Positions 51,138 through 60,944 of a DNA stretch of 64,000 bases are shown here, in pieces. This DNA is from an uncultured Gemmatimonadales bacterium (lineage in GTDB: Bacteria > Gemmatimonadota > Gemmatimonadetes > Gemmatimonadales > GWC2-71-9), in contig CAVSQW010000008.1 of the NCBI GenBank assembly GCA_963730185.1, positions 512,001 through 576,000 of the forward strand. The letters run 5' to 3'. Under the pieces are notes generated by a model. That model saw only the letters and a list, made by a program, of their open reading frames with translations, was not told the origin of the DNA and did no database searches. A program made the translations under genes and the position numbers. Each line of letters opens with the position of its first letter. Within the stretch, counting starts at the first letter, position 1.

Positions 51138-52150
51138 TGGGCTGGTTCGGCCGCCGGAGTCTCCTGCATGCTGCTCAGACTCACCGGCGTCCGGGCGAGC
51201 GACCAGAGGCCGAGCAGGGTGATGGGCAGGAAGGTGGTGAAGTGGTAGGTGAGCGCGAACGACACGGCCGCACCACCGGCCACGCCGAAGAGCGCCAGCA
51301 CCGCCCGGATCGCGGCCTCGAACGGGCCGAAGAAGCCGGGACTCGAGGGGACCGCGATGCCCAGCACCAGGAGGCTCTGCTGGAGGAGCGCGCCGCCGTA
51401 GCCGACCCCGATCCCGAAGGCCTTGAAGCCATAGTAGAACGAGGCGCCGTTCACGCCCCAGACCACGAACGACCAGAGGATGACTCCGATGATCCGGGTG
51501 GGCGACGACAGCGCGCTGAGTCCGCCCCGGACCCCGTCGATGAAGCCCGCCACCTTGTCGGCCAGGCGGGCCGAGGGGATCAGGCGGCGGAGCACCCGCT
51601 GGGCCAGCTCGGGGAAGGCCAGGGCCGCGAGGCACAGTGCCAGCAGCACGCCCAGCAGCAGGGCCGTCCGGGTGGCCAGGGTCCGGACCGAGAGGCCCGC
51701 CACCTCGGCGGACGCCGGAATGCCGGCGGTCACGAGGCCGACGAAGAGCAGGGTGACGATGGTGATCCCATCGAACAGCCGTTCCAGGACCAGCGACGAC
51801 AGGGCCGACGAGAGCTTGACCCGGGTGAGCCGGTTCACAGTCAGGGCCCGGATCACCTCGCCCGCCCGGAAGGGCAGGATGTTGTTGGCGGTGAACCCGA
51901 TCGCGATGGCGTGCCAGAGCGGGGTCCATCCCAGGGCGCTGCCGTCGTCCGCCCGGAGGATGAGCCGCCAGCGGAACAGGCGGAGCACAAAGGTGGAGGT
52001 CGCGAGGACGATGGCGATCAGGAGCGGCGCCAGCCGGGCCTCGCGGGCGTTGGCCCAGACCTCCGCGAACGACACGTCGCGGAGCACCCAGGCCAGCAGG
52101 GCGACCGTGACACCGACGCCGAGAACGGCGGCGAGCGCTCTATTCCGCAA
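51134..52150 (-). CDS. UPF0104/lysylphosphatidylglycerol synthase TM (flippase-like) protein
   Basis: R..RW, NNILPFRAGEVIR, ERLFD, PSSPG..G.FE. Confidence 0.85.
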   Translation of the reverse strand: MRNRALAAVLGVGVTVALLAWVLRDVSFAEVWANAREARLAPLLIAIVLATSTFVLRLFRWRLILRADDGSALGWTPLWHAIAIGFTANNILPFRAGEVIRALTVNRLTRVKLSSALSSLVLERLFDGITIVTLLFVGLVTAGIPASAEVAGLSVRTLATRTALLLGVLLALCLAALAFPELAQRVLRRLIPSARLADKVAGFIDGVRGGLSALSSPTRIIGVILWSFVVWGVNGASFYYGFKAFGIGVGYGGALLQQSLLVLGIAVPSSPGFFGPFEAAIRAVLALFGVAGGAAVSFALTYHFTTFLPITLLGLWSLARTPVSLSSMQETPAAEPAQ

Positions 52151-53903
52151 GGGCGAGAGGCACCAGGTCGATCAGCTCGCTCACCAGCGGCTCGACGTCG
52201 GAGAAGGCCTGGTGGCGGGCCAGGGCGTGGCTCAGCTCTCGCCGGACCACGTCGGCCCGTTCGAGTGCCCGGCGGCCCTGGTAGAGGAGCGACTCGATCG
52301 GCACGACGTCGAGCTCGAGCACCGGGGGGGCAGCAGCGAGTGGTGGCGGCGCGACTTCCGGGGAGACCGGGGCGGGCTCGGGCGGTGATGGGGCTGGCGG
52401 CGCCGGCTCGTGCTCGAGTCGGTACCAGGTGGAAAAGCTCTCCTCGAACGGCGTCATCGGTTCGGCTTCGGCCGGGGCCAGGCTTTCGATCGGGACCACG
52501 TCCGCCTCGTCGGCCGCCTGGACCGGCTCTGGCGCGGCGGGCTCGAAGTCGAGCGCCCCGATCTCCACCGTCTCGACCTCCAGCTCGGCGATCTCGACCA
52601 GCTCGGCTTCCGGCATCAGGTCGGCCGGCTCGGGCTCGGGCAGCACGACCGGTGCGGGCACGGCCCCGCCCGGCATGCCCTCGAGGGCGGCGACCACGTC
52701 GGCGAGGTCGTCGGTGAGGAACACGGCATTCCGGCTCTCCGACGCGCGCCCGAGGTGCTCGGCGGCGCCGCGCAGGTGACCGGCGAAGGCGGCGGCGGCG
52801 TCGCTCGCGGCGCCCCGGCGAATCGCCCCGGTGACGGCGTCGACCAAGGGCGTGAGGTAGGGCCGCTCCCGGCGGGTTTCCTGGGCGAGGGGGCGAAGCT
52901 GGACCGCCAGGCTGTACAGGTGCAGGTCGCGGGCGGCGGGGAGGTCCGTGGATCCCAACTGATCGGCCGCCTGCCGGAGCCGGTCGGCGAAGCCGACCAG
53001 CTCGATCGTGGGATCGGGGCCGGCTTCGGGGGCGGCGGACTCACCCCGCTGGACGATCGGGCTCAGGTCACCCTCGGCGAAGAGGGTCTCGATGTCGACG
53101 ACGTCGGCATCGCTCGCGAAGGTGTGGAGCAGGGCGGTGGCCGCACCGGCGATCTCGGGGGCCCCGACGTCGGCCTCGCCGCGCTCCGCGATCTCCCGGG
53201 CCAGGCGCGAGACCGCGGCGGCCGCGGCGCGGAGCCCGGTCGACGACCCCGGCGGCATCGCCTCGTCGCGGAGGGAACGGATGGTCAGCTCGATCGCGTC
53301 GAGCAGCTCGGGCAGGGGGCTCAAGGCCGGCAGGGTAGCCAGGCCGCGGAGCGGCTGGAGCCGGTGCAGGACGAGGTCGGCCCGCTCGTCGACCGGCCCG
53401 AGCTCGGCGGCCTGGGCCGCGTGCTCGAGGCTGCCCGCGACCAGGGCTCCCTCCCGGGCCACGAAGGCCCGGACGCTGGCCGGGAGCTCGTCCGTGGTCT
53501 CGGCCGGCTCGGGGCGAGCCGGCGCCGGATGGTCGGTGCCCAGGGTGGCCACCAGGCCCCGGCCCAGGGCCAGGGCGGCGCCGGTGTCGGCGTCGTTCCA
53601 GGTCCCGGCCTGCCGGGTGAGCCGCTTCAGCTCCTCGACGGCGTCGGCCGCGATCTCTCGGTGGCCCGCGTCCCACGGCCATTGGCCCTCCCGGAGGGCT
53701 TTGGCGACCTGCTCCAGCCCGGCGGCGGCTTGCGAGAACGGGTGGAGACCCGCCATGAGCGCGGCCCCGCGGAGAGCCCGGGACAGCCGGACCATCTCGT
53801 CCGCGTTCGGGCGGGTCTCACGGCCGGCGATCAGCGCGAGGCGCTCGAGGTAGTCACCCGCCTCGAGCGCGAAGAACTGGAGTCGTCCGGTCGGCGTATT
53901 CAT
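52140..53903 (-). CDS. Hypothetical protein with degenerate tandem Hpt-like domains
   Basis: FFALEAGDYLERL...RLSRALRGAALMAG and LQPLRGLA align with the Hpt AHTLKG motif but have no His; acidic Pro-rich linker. Confidence 0.65.
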   Translation of the reverse strand: MNTPTGRLQFFALEAGDYLERLALIAGRETRPNADEMVRLSRALRGAALMAGLHPFSQAAAGLEQVAKALREGQWPWDAGHREIAADAVEELKRLTRQAGTWNDADTGAALALGRGLVATLGTDHPAPARPEPAETTDELPASVRAFVAREGALVAGSLEHAAQAAELGPVDERADLVLHRLQPLRGLATLPALSPLPELLDAIELTIRSLRDEAMPPGSSTGLRAAAAAVSRLAREIAERGEADVGAPEIAGAATALLHTFASDADVVDIETLFAEGDLSPIVQRGESAAPEAGPDPTIELVGFADRLRQAADQLGSTDLPAARDLHLYSLAVQLRPLAQETRRERPYLTPLVDAVTGAIRRGAASDAAAAFAGHLRGAAEHLGRASESRNAVFLTDDLADVVAALEGMPGGAVPAPVVLPEPEPADLMPEAELVEIAELEVETVEIGALDFEPAAPEPVQAADEADVVPIESLAPAEAEPMTPFEESFSTWYRLEHEPAPPAPSPPEPAPVSPEVAPPPLAAAPPVLELDVVPIESLLYQGRRALERADVVRRELSHALARHQAFSDVEPLVSELIDLVPLALAE

Positions 53904-53955
53904 GCGAGTCCGGGTGGCGAGCAGGTGGAAGTGTAGGGCGGCGGTCGGGCTTCGG

Positions 53956-54684
<729 letters not shown>

Positions 54685-54748
54685 TGCTCCCGACTCCTCA
54701 AGCGGTTTAGTTTCGCCCTCTCCGAGGTGCCCTCGAGGAGGCTCTCCC

Positions 54749-55213
54749 GTGCGATCATTGCTGGCAGTCGGCGTCGTGGCGCTCGTCGCCTGCTCGTCGA
54801 ATCCGAAGCCGGAAAGTCTGGCGCCCTCGGCGGGCCCGGCGGCGGTCGCGGCCGCCTTCATGCAGGCCGTGTCCGACAGTAATCTGACCCAGATGGGCAG
54901 CCTGTGGGGCACCGACCGAGGACCGGCGGCCACCACCAACACGCCGTCGAACTGGGGACAGCGGATCGCGGTGATCCAGGCCTATCTGAAGGGCGGCACC
55001 TCGCGGGTCCTCGGCTTGGGCGACCCCGCGCTCTCGAAGCAGGGTCGGCGTCAAGTGCTGGTGGAGCTCAACCGCGGGGGCTGCACCAAGACGGTGCCCT
55101 TTACCATGGTGCAGACCAAGGACGGCGCCTGGCTGGTCAACGTGATCGACCTCAACGCGGCCGGCGTCCCCGGCCGCCCTTGCGGCTCGACCTCGCAGCC
55201 TCCGGGAACTTGA
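54749..55213 (+). CDS. Hypothetical lipoprotein (possible NTF2-like fold)
   Basis: Lipobox LVAC; F..AV...N...M..LW helix and terminal F.MV...G.W.V strand; upstream -10-like TAGTTT and SD GAGGAGG. Confidence 0.65.
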   Translation: MRSLLAVGVVALVACSSNPKPESLAPSAGPAAVAAAFMQAVSDSNLTQMGSLWGTDRGPAATTNTPSNWGQRIAVIQAYLKGGTSRVLGLGDPALSKQGRRQVLVELNRGGCTKTVPFTMVQTKDGAWLVNVIDLNAAGVPGRPCGSTSQPPGT

Positions 55214-55229
55214 AGGGGCCATTCCGGCT

Positions 55230-55628
55230 TCATTCGGACAGCTCGACCAAGATGCCGGAGGTCGATTTGGGATGCAGAAAGGCGATCCGGTGCCCGCCGG
55301 CCCCTACTCGCGGAGTCCGGTCGACCAGTTGGTAGCCGGCACGTTCGGCGGCCGCGAGGGCGGCGTCGAGATCGGCGACTCGGTAGCAGACGTGGTGGAT
55401 GCCGGGCCCGCGCTTGGCGAGGAACTTGGCGATCGGGCTCTCGGGGCTGACCGGTTCCAGGAGCTCCACCTCGGACTCGCCGAACGGCAGGGACACGATC
55501 CGGGCGCCGTCTTTGATCTCCGGCCCGTGATGGGGCTCGAGACCGAGAACCTCGCGATAGAAGCTGGTCGCGGCGGCGAGGTCGGTGACGGCAAGACCGA
55601 TGTGAGCGATACGCGGTGCGTCGGACAA
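55230..55628 (-). CDS. mce: Methylmalonyl-CoA epimerase
   Basis: HIGLAV, VELLEP, SPIAKFL.KRGPGIHH, AFLHPKST.GILVEL. Confidence 0.93.
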   Translation of the reverse strand: MSDAPRIAHIGLAVTDLAAATSFYREVLGLEPHHGPEIKDGARIVSLPFGESEVELLEPVSPESPIAKFLAKRGPGIHHVCYRVADLDAALAAAERAGYQLVDRTPRVGAGGHRIAFLHPKSTSGILVELSE

Positions 55629-55702
55629 GACAAGCGCCTCCGGGCCGAACGGATCGAGTGCCGGGGCGGAAACTTACACGGAAGTGAGAGAGGATGTCGT
55701 TG

Positions 55703-56041
55703 ATGAGCGCGAACGGAATCACCCACGTCACGGACGAGACCTTCGCGGCGGACGTGGAACAGAGTCAAGGCGTGGTGATCGTGGACTTCTGGGCCGAGTG
55801 GTGCGGGCCCTGTCGAGCGATCGCTCCGATTCTCGAAGAGCTGGCCGCTTCGTACGGCGGCAAGGCGCGGGTCGCCAAGCTCGACGTGGACGCCAACCAG
55901 CGCACCTCGATGCGCTTCAACGTGCGGTCGATCCCGACCCTGATGATCTTCAAGGACGGGAAGCACGTCGACACCGTCGTCGGCCTGATGCCCAAGGCGG
56001 CGCTCCAGCAGCGGATCGACAAGCATCTCGCCGCGGCCTGA
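55703..56041 (+). CDS. trxA: Thioredoxin
   Basis: VDFWAEWCGPC, SIPTL.IFK.G. Confidence 0.96.
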   Translation: MSANGITHVTDETFAADVEQSQGVVIVDFWAEWCGPCRAIAPILEELAASYGGKARVAKLDVDANQRTSMRFNVRSIPTLMIFKDGKHVDTVVGLMPKAALQQRIDKHLAAA

Positions 56042-56057
56042 GCCGCCGGGCGGCCCT

Positions 56058-56116
56058 CACCTCACCCGAGCCCGGCCCCGCTCCGAGCGGCGCCCCAGGG
56101 CTCGGGTGAGGTGTTT
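56058..56116 (+). terminator. Long stem-loop after trxA (probable intrinsic terminator)
   Basis: Perfect 16-bp inverted repeat 56058-56073/56098-56113 (CACCTCACCCGAGCCC) followed by TTT. Confidence 0.6.
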
Positions 56117-56190
56117 CCGGGACCCGGCCATGCCCAACGGCGGGTCGCCGCTCTACCTTTCGACCTCACCCCGACCGAGCTGCTCGCCGC

Positions 56191-57024
56191 TTGTCCGGAA
56201 TTCTCTACGTCCTCGCCACCCCGATCGGCAACCTGGGCGACCTGTCGCCCCGGGCGGCCGAGGTGCTTCGGACGGTCGCGCTCGTGGCGGCCGAGGACAC
56301 CCGGGAGACCGGCAAGCTGGTCCATCACGTGGGGTCGTCCGCCCGGCTGATCAGCGTCCATGCCCACAGCCCCCGCCGCCGTCTCGACGAAGTGGTCGGC
56401 CGGCTCGAAGCGGGCGACGACGTGGCCCTGGCCACCGACGCCGGCACCCCCGGGGTGAGCGACCCCGGGCCGGCACTGGTCCGGCTGGCCCGGGAGGCCG
56501 GCGTCCGGGTGGTACCGATTCCCGGGGCGTCCGCGGTTCACACCGCGCTCTCCGCCTCGGGCTTCGAGGCCGATCGCTACGCCTTCTTCGGGTTTCCGCC
56601 CCGGAGCGGGTCGGCCCGGACGGCGTGGCTGGAGGGGGTGGCGGAGTCACCCGTCACGGTGGTCTGTTTCGAGGCGCCCGGCCGGGTGGCGGCTCTCCTG
56701 GCCGACCTCGCCGGCGGGACCGGCGCGGAGCGGCGGGCGGTGGTGGGCCGCGAGCTGACCAAGAAGTTCGAGGAGATCGTGGCCGGGACGGTGGCCGAGC
56801 TGGCGGAGCGGGTGGCCGCTGGGGAAGGGCGGGGCGAGTTCACCGTGGTGGTCGAAGGGGCCCCGCCCGCTCCGGCGGCGGGTGACGACGCGCTGGCCGA
56901 GCGGCTGGCCCGGGCCCTGCGGCAGGCCGACGTGGGGGGAAGCGCCGCCGCCCGGGTCATCTCGGAGGTGACGGGGCTCTCCCGGAACCAGAGCTATCGG
57001 CTGGCGATGGAGGACCGGTCATGA
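56191..57024 (+). CDS. rsmI: 16S rRNA (cytidine1402-2'-O)-methyltransferase
   Basis: LYVLATPIGNL.D, AEDTR, DAGTP..SDPG, IPGASA, RELTK.FEE, GEF. Confidence 0.95.
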   Translation: MSGILYVLATPIGNLGDLSPRAAEVLRTVALVAAEDTRETGKLVHHVGSSARLISVHAHSPRRRLDEVVGRLEAGDDVALATDAGTPGVSDPGPALVRLAREAGVRVVPIPGASAVHTALSASGFEADRYAFFGFPPRSGSARTAWLEGVAESPVTVVCFEAPGRVAALLADLAGGTGAERRAVVGRELTKKFEEIVAGTVAELAERVAAGEGRGEFTVVVEGAPPAPAAGDDALAERLARALRQADVGGSAAARVISEVTGLSRNQSYRLAMEDRS

Positions 57025-57677
57025 CCCGACTCATGGTGCTCGCTCTGCTGGTGGGGGCCGCGACCACGGGTCGCGCGCAGGAGGAGATGACCGTGGGCCG
57101 GCTCCATTACGACGGCGGCGGCGACTGGTACGCCAACCCGTCGAGTCTCCCCAACCTGCTGGCCGCGATCGGGAAGCGGACCGGGCTCGGGGTCGGGTCG
57201 CGTGAGAAGGTGGTGCGGCTCGACGACGGCACCATCTGGGAGGTGCCCTACGTCCACATGACGGGGCACGGCAACGTGAGCTGGAGCGAGCGCGACCTCG
57301 AGACGCTGCGGGCCTGGCTGGCCCAGGGCGGATTTCTCCATATCGACGACAACTACGGCATGGACGAGTCGATCCGGAAGCAGATCGCCCATCTCTTTCC
57401 GGACCTCCCCTTGGTGGAGGTGCCGCTCGACCATCCGATCTACCACGTGGTGTACGACTTTCCCAAGGGCGTACCCAAGATCCACGAGCACGACGGCAAG
57501 CCGGCGCAGGGCTTCGGCATCTTTCTGGGCGGCCGCCTCGTCCTGTATTACACCTATCAGTGCGATCTCGGCGACGGGTGGGAGGACCCCGACGTCCACA
57601 AGGACCCGCCCGAGAAGCACGAGGCCGCCCTCCGGATGGGCGTGAACCTGTTTACCTACGCCGTGGGATCCCGTTAG
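57021..57677 (+). CDS. Exported DUF4159 domain protein
   Basis: Signal peptide; Y.GGGDWY, YVHMTGHG, GGFLHIDD, HPIYH, DLGDGWED, MGVNL. Confidence 0.88.
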   Translation: MTRLMVLALLVGAATTGRAQEEMTVGRLHYDGGGDWYANPSSLPNLLAAIGKRTGLGVGSREKVVRLDDGTIWEVPYVHMTGHGNVSWSERDLETLRAWLAQGGFLHIDDNYGMDESIRKQIAHLFPDLPLVEVPLDHPIYHVVYDFPKGVPKIHEHDGKPAQGFGIFLGGRLVLYYTYQCDLGDGWEDPDVHKDPPEKHEAALRMGVNLFTYAVGSR

Positions 57678-57683
57678 GCAGCC

Positions 57684-60600
57684 ATGTCGCCCCGCGCCAC
57701 CCCGCTCGCCCTGACCCGCCTGGGAGCTCCGCTCCGACGCCTCGCGTTGGGCGGGGTATCCTTGGGCGCGCTCGGGGCCGCCCTGGTGGCGCTCGCGATC
57801 CCGGCCTGGCTGGTCCGGCTGGGCCTGATCCGCTCGCCGGTCTGGGTGCCGCTGGCGTGGGTGGCGCTGATCGGAGTGCTGGTCCTGGCGGTTCTGGTGG
57901 CGCTCCGGGCCCGGCGCGGTCTCGGCGACGCTCCGTTGGCCCGGGCCGTGGAGCGGGGAACCGGCTGGCGGCTCGGGTCGGTCACCTCGGTGCTCGAGGG
58001 CGCCTCGGCCGGGACCAGCGATGCCCTCTTCGCGGCCGCCGACGACGCCTGTGCCGCCCGGCTCGAGGCCGGCGGTCGCGAGGCGCTGGCACCGGTGCGT
58101 CGCCGGCTCGTCCGGGGCTCGAAGACCGGAGCCGGCATCCTGGGGGCGGGCCTGCTCCTTTTTCTCGGCGCCGGACCCCTCCGCCACCCGGCCGCGGCGC
58201 TCTGGGCCCCGGCCCGTGCCTGGGCCATGCTGATGGCCCCGGTCCAGATCGCGGTGGACCGGGCCAGCGTGGACCGGGGCGAGACGGTCGCCCTGAGCCT
58301 CCGGGCCGCCGGCCGGCCCGACGCCGAGCTCTGGCTCCGGGGCAAGGGCGAGGCCTGGCGGTCGTTAGGCGTCCCCCTCGACTCCGCCGGCCGGGCGGTC
58401 CGGCGGATCGGCCCGCTCGAGGGCGACCTCTACGCCTTCGTCCGGGCCGGCGGGCGGACGTCCGATACCTTGCTGGTGCGGGTCCGGCTGCCGGCCTTCC
58501 TGGGCCGGATCTCCCTGACCGCTCACTATCCCCGCTACCTCTCGCTCGACGACGAGCCGCTGCCCGCCACCGGCGACACCCTGCTGCTGCCGGCCGGCAC
58601 CCGGATCGAGGCCGCCGGCGAGGCCACCATGGACCTCTCGGTGGCCCGGTGGGCCTTCGGCGGCGCCACGGCGGACCTGGCCGTGTCGGGACGGGAGTTT
58701 CGGGGGACGTTCCTGCCCCGTCAGTCCGGGTTGGCCACGCTCGAGCTGCGGACCGGGGACGGGGCGGCGCTGGAGGGCGACCCGGTCGCCCTCCCGATCG
58801 TGGTCGTTCCGGATCGACCGCCGGTGGTGGCGCTTCCGGTCCCCGAGCCCGACACCATGGCCGTCCTCGGCTCCGAGGTCTCCGTCGTGGTCGACGCCAG
58901 CGACGATCACGGGCTGAGCGCGGTGGCGCTCCAGGCCACCAAGGGGACCGGTCAGGGTCCCGTGGTGAGCGGGCCCCTGGCCCTGCCGCCCGGCACCACC
59001 GATCGGGCGCTGCTCTCGGCCCGGTTCGACTTGAAGCCGTTTTCGCTCCAGCCGGGTGACACCCTGAGTCTCTGGGTGGTGGCCCGCGACAACGCGCCCA
59101 CGCCCCAGGTCGGCCGGTCGCGGACCATCGTGCTGGTGGTGCCGACCGCCGCCGAGGCGCGGGTGGAACAGCGGTCGGCGACCGCCGACATCGCCCAGCA
59201 GCTCGACTCTCTGGTCGACCAAGCCAAGTCCCTCCAGCAGTCCACCGAAGACCTGAGCCAGGAGCGCCGCCGGGCCAACCCGCGTGGTGAGCAGGCCCAG
59301 TCGTCTCTCGACTTCGACGAGGCCCGCAAGGCCGAGGCCGTGGCCAAGCAGCAACAGGAGCTCGTCGATCAGGCCGACGAGGTCCAGAAGCGGCTCGACG
59401 AGCTCAAACGGTCGGCCGAGCGGGGCGGGACGGCCGACTCCGCCTTCATGCGCCAACTCGACGAGATCCGCGACGAGCTCAACCGGGCGCTGAGTCAGGA
59501 GCTCAAGCAGAAGCTCGACGCGTTGCGGGACGCCCTCAAGAAGCTCGACCCGCAGGCGACCCAGAACGCGCTCAAGGATCTGGCCGACGCCCAGCGGAAG
59601 CTCAAGGAAGCCCTGGAACGGTCGCGCGAGCTGTTCAAACGGGCCGCGGTCGAGGGCGAGCTCTCCAGTCTGGAGCAGGAGACCAAGCAGGTCCTCGACC
59701 AGCAAAAGCAGTGGAACGAGCAGGTGGCCAAGACCGACAGCGCCAAGTCGGGGGCCGAGGAGCAGCGCCTGGCGGAGCGGACCGACTCGGTCGCCAAGGG
59801 GTTGGACGCGGCGGCCAAGCAGATGGAAGGCGCCGAGCGCCAGGAGGCCCTCCAGCAGACGGCGGAGCAGGTCCGGAAGGCCTCGCGGGCCATGAAGAGC
59901 GCCTCGCAGTCGGCCCAATCGGGCCAGCGAAGCCAGGCCAAGCAGCAGGGCCAGCAGGCGGCCGAGCAGCTGTCGCAGGCCGGCAACCAGGTCAAGAAGC
60001 AGCGGGAAGGGCAGCAGCAGCAGTGGAAGAAGGAGGTGCTTGACGCCCTGGACCGGGCCCTGGCCGAGACGGCCCGCCTGAGCGAGCGACAGCTCGACGT
60101 GAGCGGCTCGATCGGCCGCGGGAGCGTGGTGGCGGCCTCGCGGGCCGAGCAGGCGGTGATCGAGGAGGGAGTCCAGAAGCTGATCGCCCAGATCGGCGCG
60201 GTGAGCGGGAAGAACGCCCTGATCTCGCCCCAGATCGGCGCGGCTCTGGCGCAGGCCAAGCTGCAGATGGGCCAGGCTCGGGAGGCGATCTCGTCGGCTT
60301 CGGCCAACCTGCGCGAAGCGGCCGACCAGGCGGGCGAGGCGGTCGATGCGCTGAACGTGGCCGCCTACCTGATGCTCCGGTCGCGAAACGACGTCTCGAG
60401 CGCCAGCTCCGCCTCAGGGATGGCCGAAGCGATCGAGCGGATGCAGCAGCTGGCCGGCCAGCAGGGGAATCTGAGCCAGCAGGGGAGCGACCTGCTGTCG
60501 ATGCTGGCGGGTCAGCAGATGCAGCAGCAGATGCAGCTCCTGGCCCAGAAACAGCAGCAGCTGGCGCAGGAGCTCGAGCGGCTGCGCGCCCAGGCGGAGA

Positions 60601-60944
60601 TGCCGGGTGCCAAGGCGATGGCCGACGAGGCCCGCGAGCTGGCCCGACGGCTGGAGGCCGGCCGCCTGGACCGGGAGACCGTGGCCCGTCAGGAACGGCT
60701 CTTCAAGCGGATGCTCGACGCCGGCCGAACCCTGCAGGGCGAGGAGAAGGACGAGAAGAAGGAGCGGCAATCGGAGACGGCCAAGAGCGATTCGGTGAGC
60801 ATCCCGCCGGCGCTCCGGCGCCTGCTCGACAGCGACGGCCGGATCCGCTTCCCGACCTGGGACGAGCTCCAGCGTCTGAGTCCGGAGGAACGGCGGCTGG
60901 TGACCGACTACTTCCGGCGGCTGACCACCCGCGAGAAGCCATGA
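57684..60944 (+). CDS. DUF4175-like large membrane protein (3 TMs, Ig-like domains, long Gln-rich coiled coil)
   Basis: N-terminal TMs, P.Y Ig-like repeat, D.PP.V, ASDDHGL, ARDN, Q/E/K-rich helical region, terminal DYFRRL. Confidence 0.75.
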   Translation: MSPRATPLALTRLGAPLRRLALGGVSLGALGAALVALAIPAWLVRLGLIRSPVWVPLAWVALIGVLVLAVLVALRARRGLGDAPLARAVERGTGWRLGSVTSVLEGASAGTSDALFAAADDACAARLEAGGREALAPVRRRLVRGSKTGAGILGAGLLLFLGAGPLRHPAAALWAPARAWAMLMAPVQIAVDRASVDRGETVALSLRAAGRPDAELWLRGKGEAWRSLGVPLDSAGRAVRRIGPLEGDLYAFVRAGGRTSDTLLVRVRLPAFLGRISLTAHYPRYLSLDDEPLPATGDTLLLPAGTRIEAAGEATMDLSVARWAFGGATADLAVSGREFRGTFLPRQSGLATLELRTGDGAALEGDPVALPIVVVPDRPPVVALPVPEPDTMAVLGSEVSVVVDASDDHGLSAVALQATKGTGQGPVVSGPLALPPGTTDRALLSARFDLKPFSLQPGDTLSLWVVARDNAPTPQVGRSRTIVLVVPTAAEARVEQRSATADIAQQLDSLVDQAKSLQQSTEDLSQERRRANPRGEQAQSSLDFDEARKAEAVAKQQQELVDQADEVQKRLDELKRSAERGGTADSAFMRQLDEIRDELNRALSQELKQKLDALRDALKKLDPQATQNALKDLADAQRKLKEALERSRELFKRAAVEGELSSLEQETKQVLDQQKQWNEQVAKTDSAKSGAEEQRLAERTDSVAKGLDAAAKQMEGAERQEALQQTAEQVRKASRAMKSASQSAQSGQRSQAKQQGQQAAEQLSQAGNQVKKQREGQQQQWKKEVLDALDRALAETARLSERQLDVSGSIGRGSVVAASRAEQAVIEEGVQKLIAQIGAVSGKNALISPQIGAALAQAKLQMGQAREAISSASANLREAADQAGEAVDALNVAAYLMLRSRNDVSSASSASGMAEAIERMQQLAGQQGNLSQQGSDLLSMLAGQQMQQQMQLLAQKQQQLAQELERLRAQAEMPGAKAMADEARELARRLEAGRLDRETVARQERLFKRMLDAGRTLQGEEKDEKKERQSETAKSDSVSIPPALRRLLDSDGRIRFPTWDELQRLSPEERRLVTDYFRRLTTREKP

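Noticed and set aside
59150..60700. CAG-rich repeats as a tandem repeat or array
   Set aside because: They simply encode the Gln/Glu/Lys-rich coiled coil; there is no fixed-period DNA repeat.
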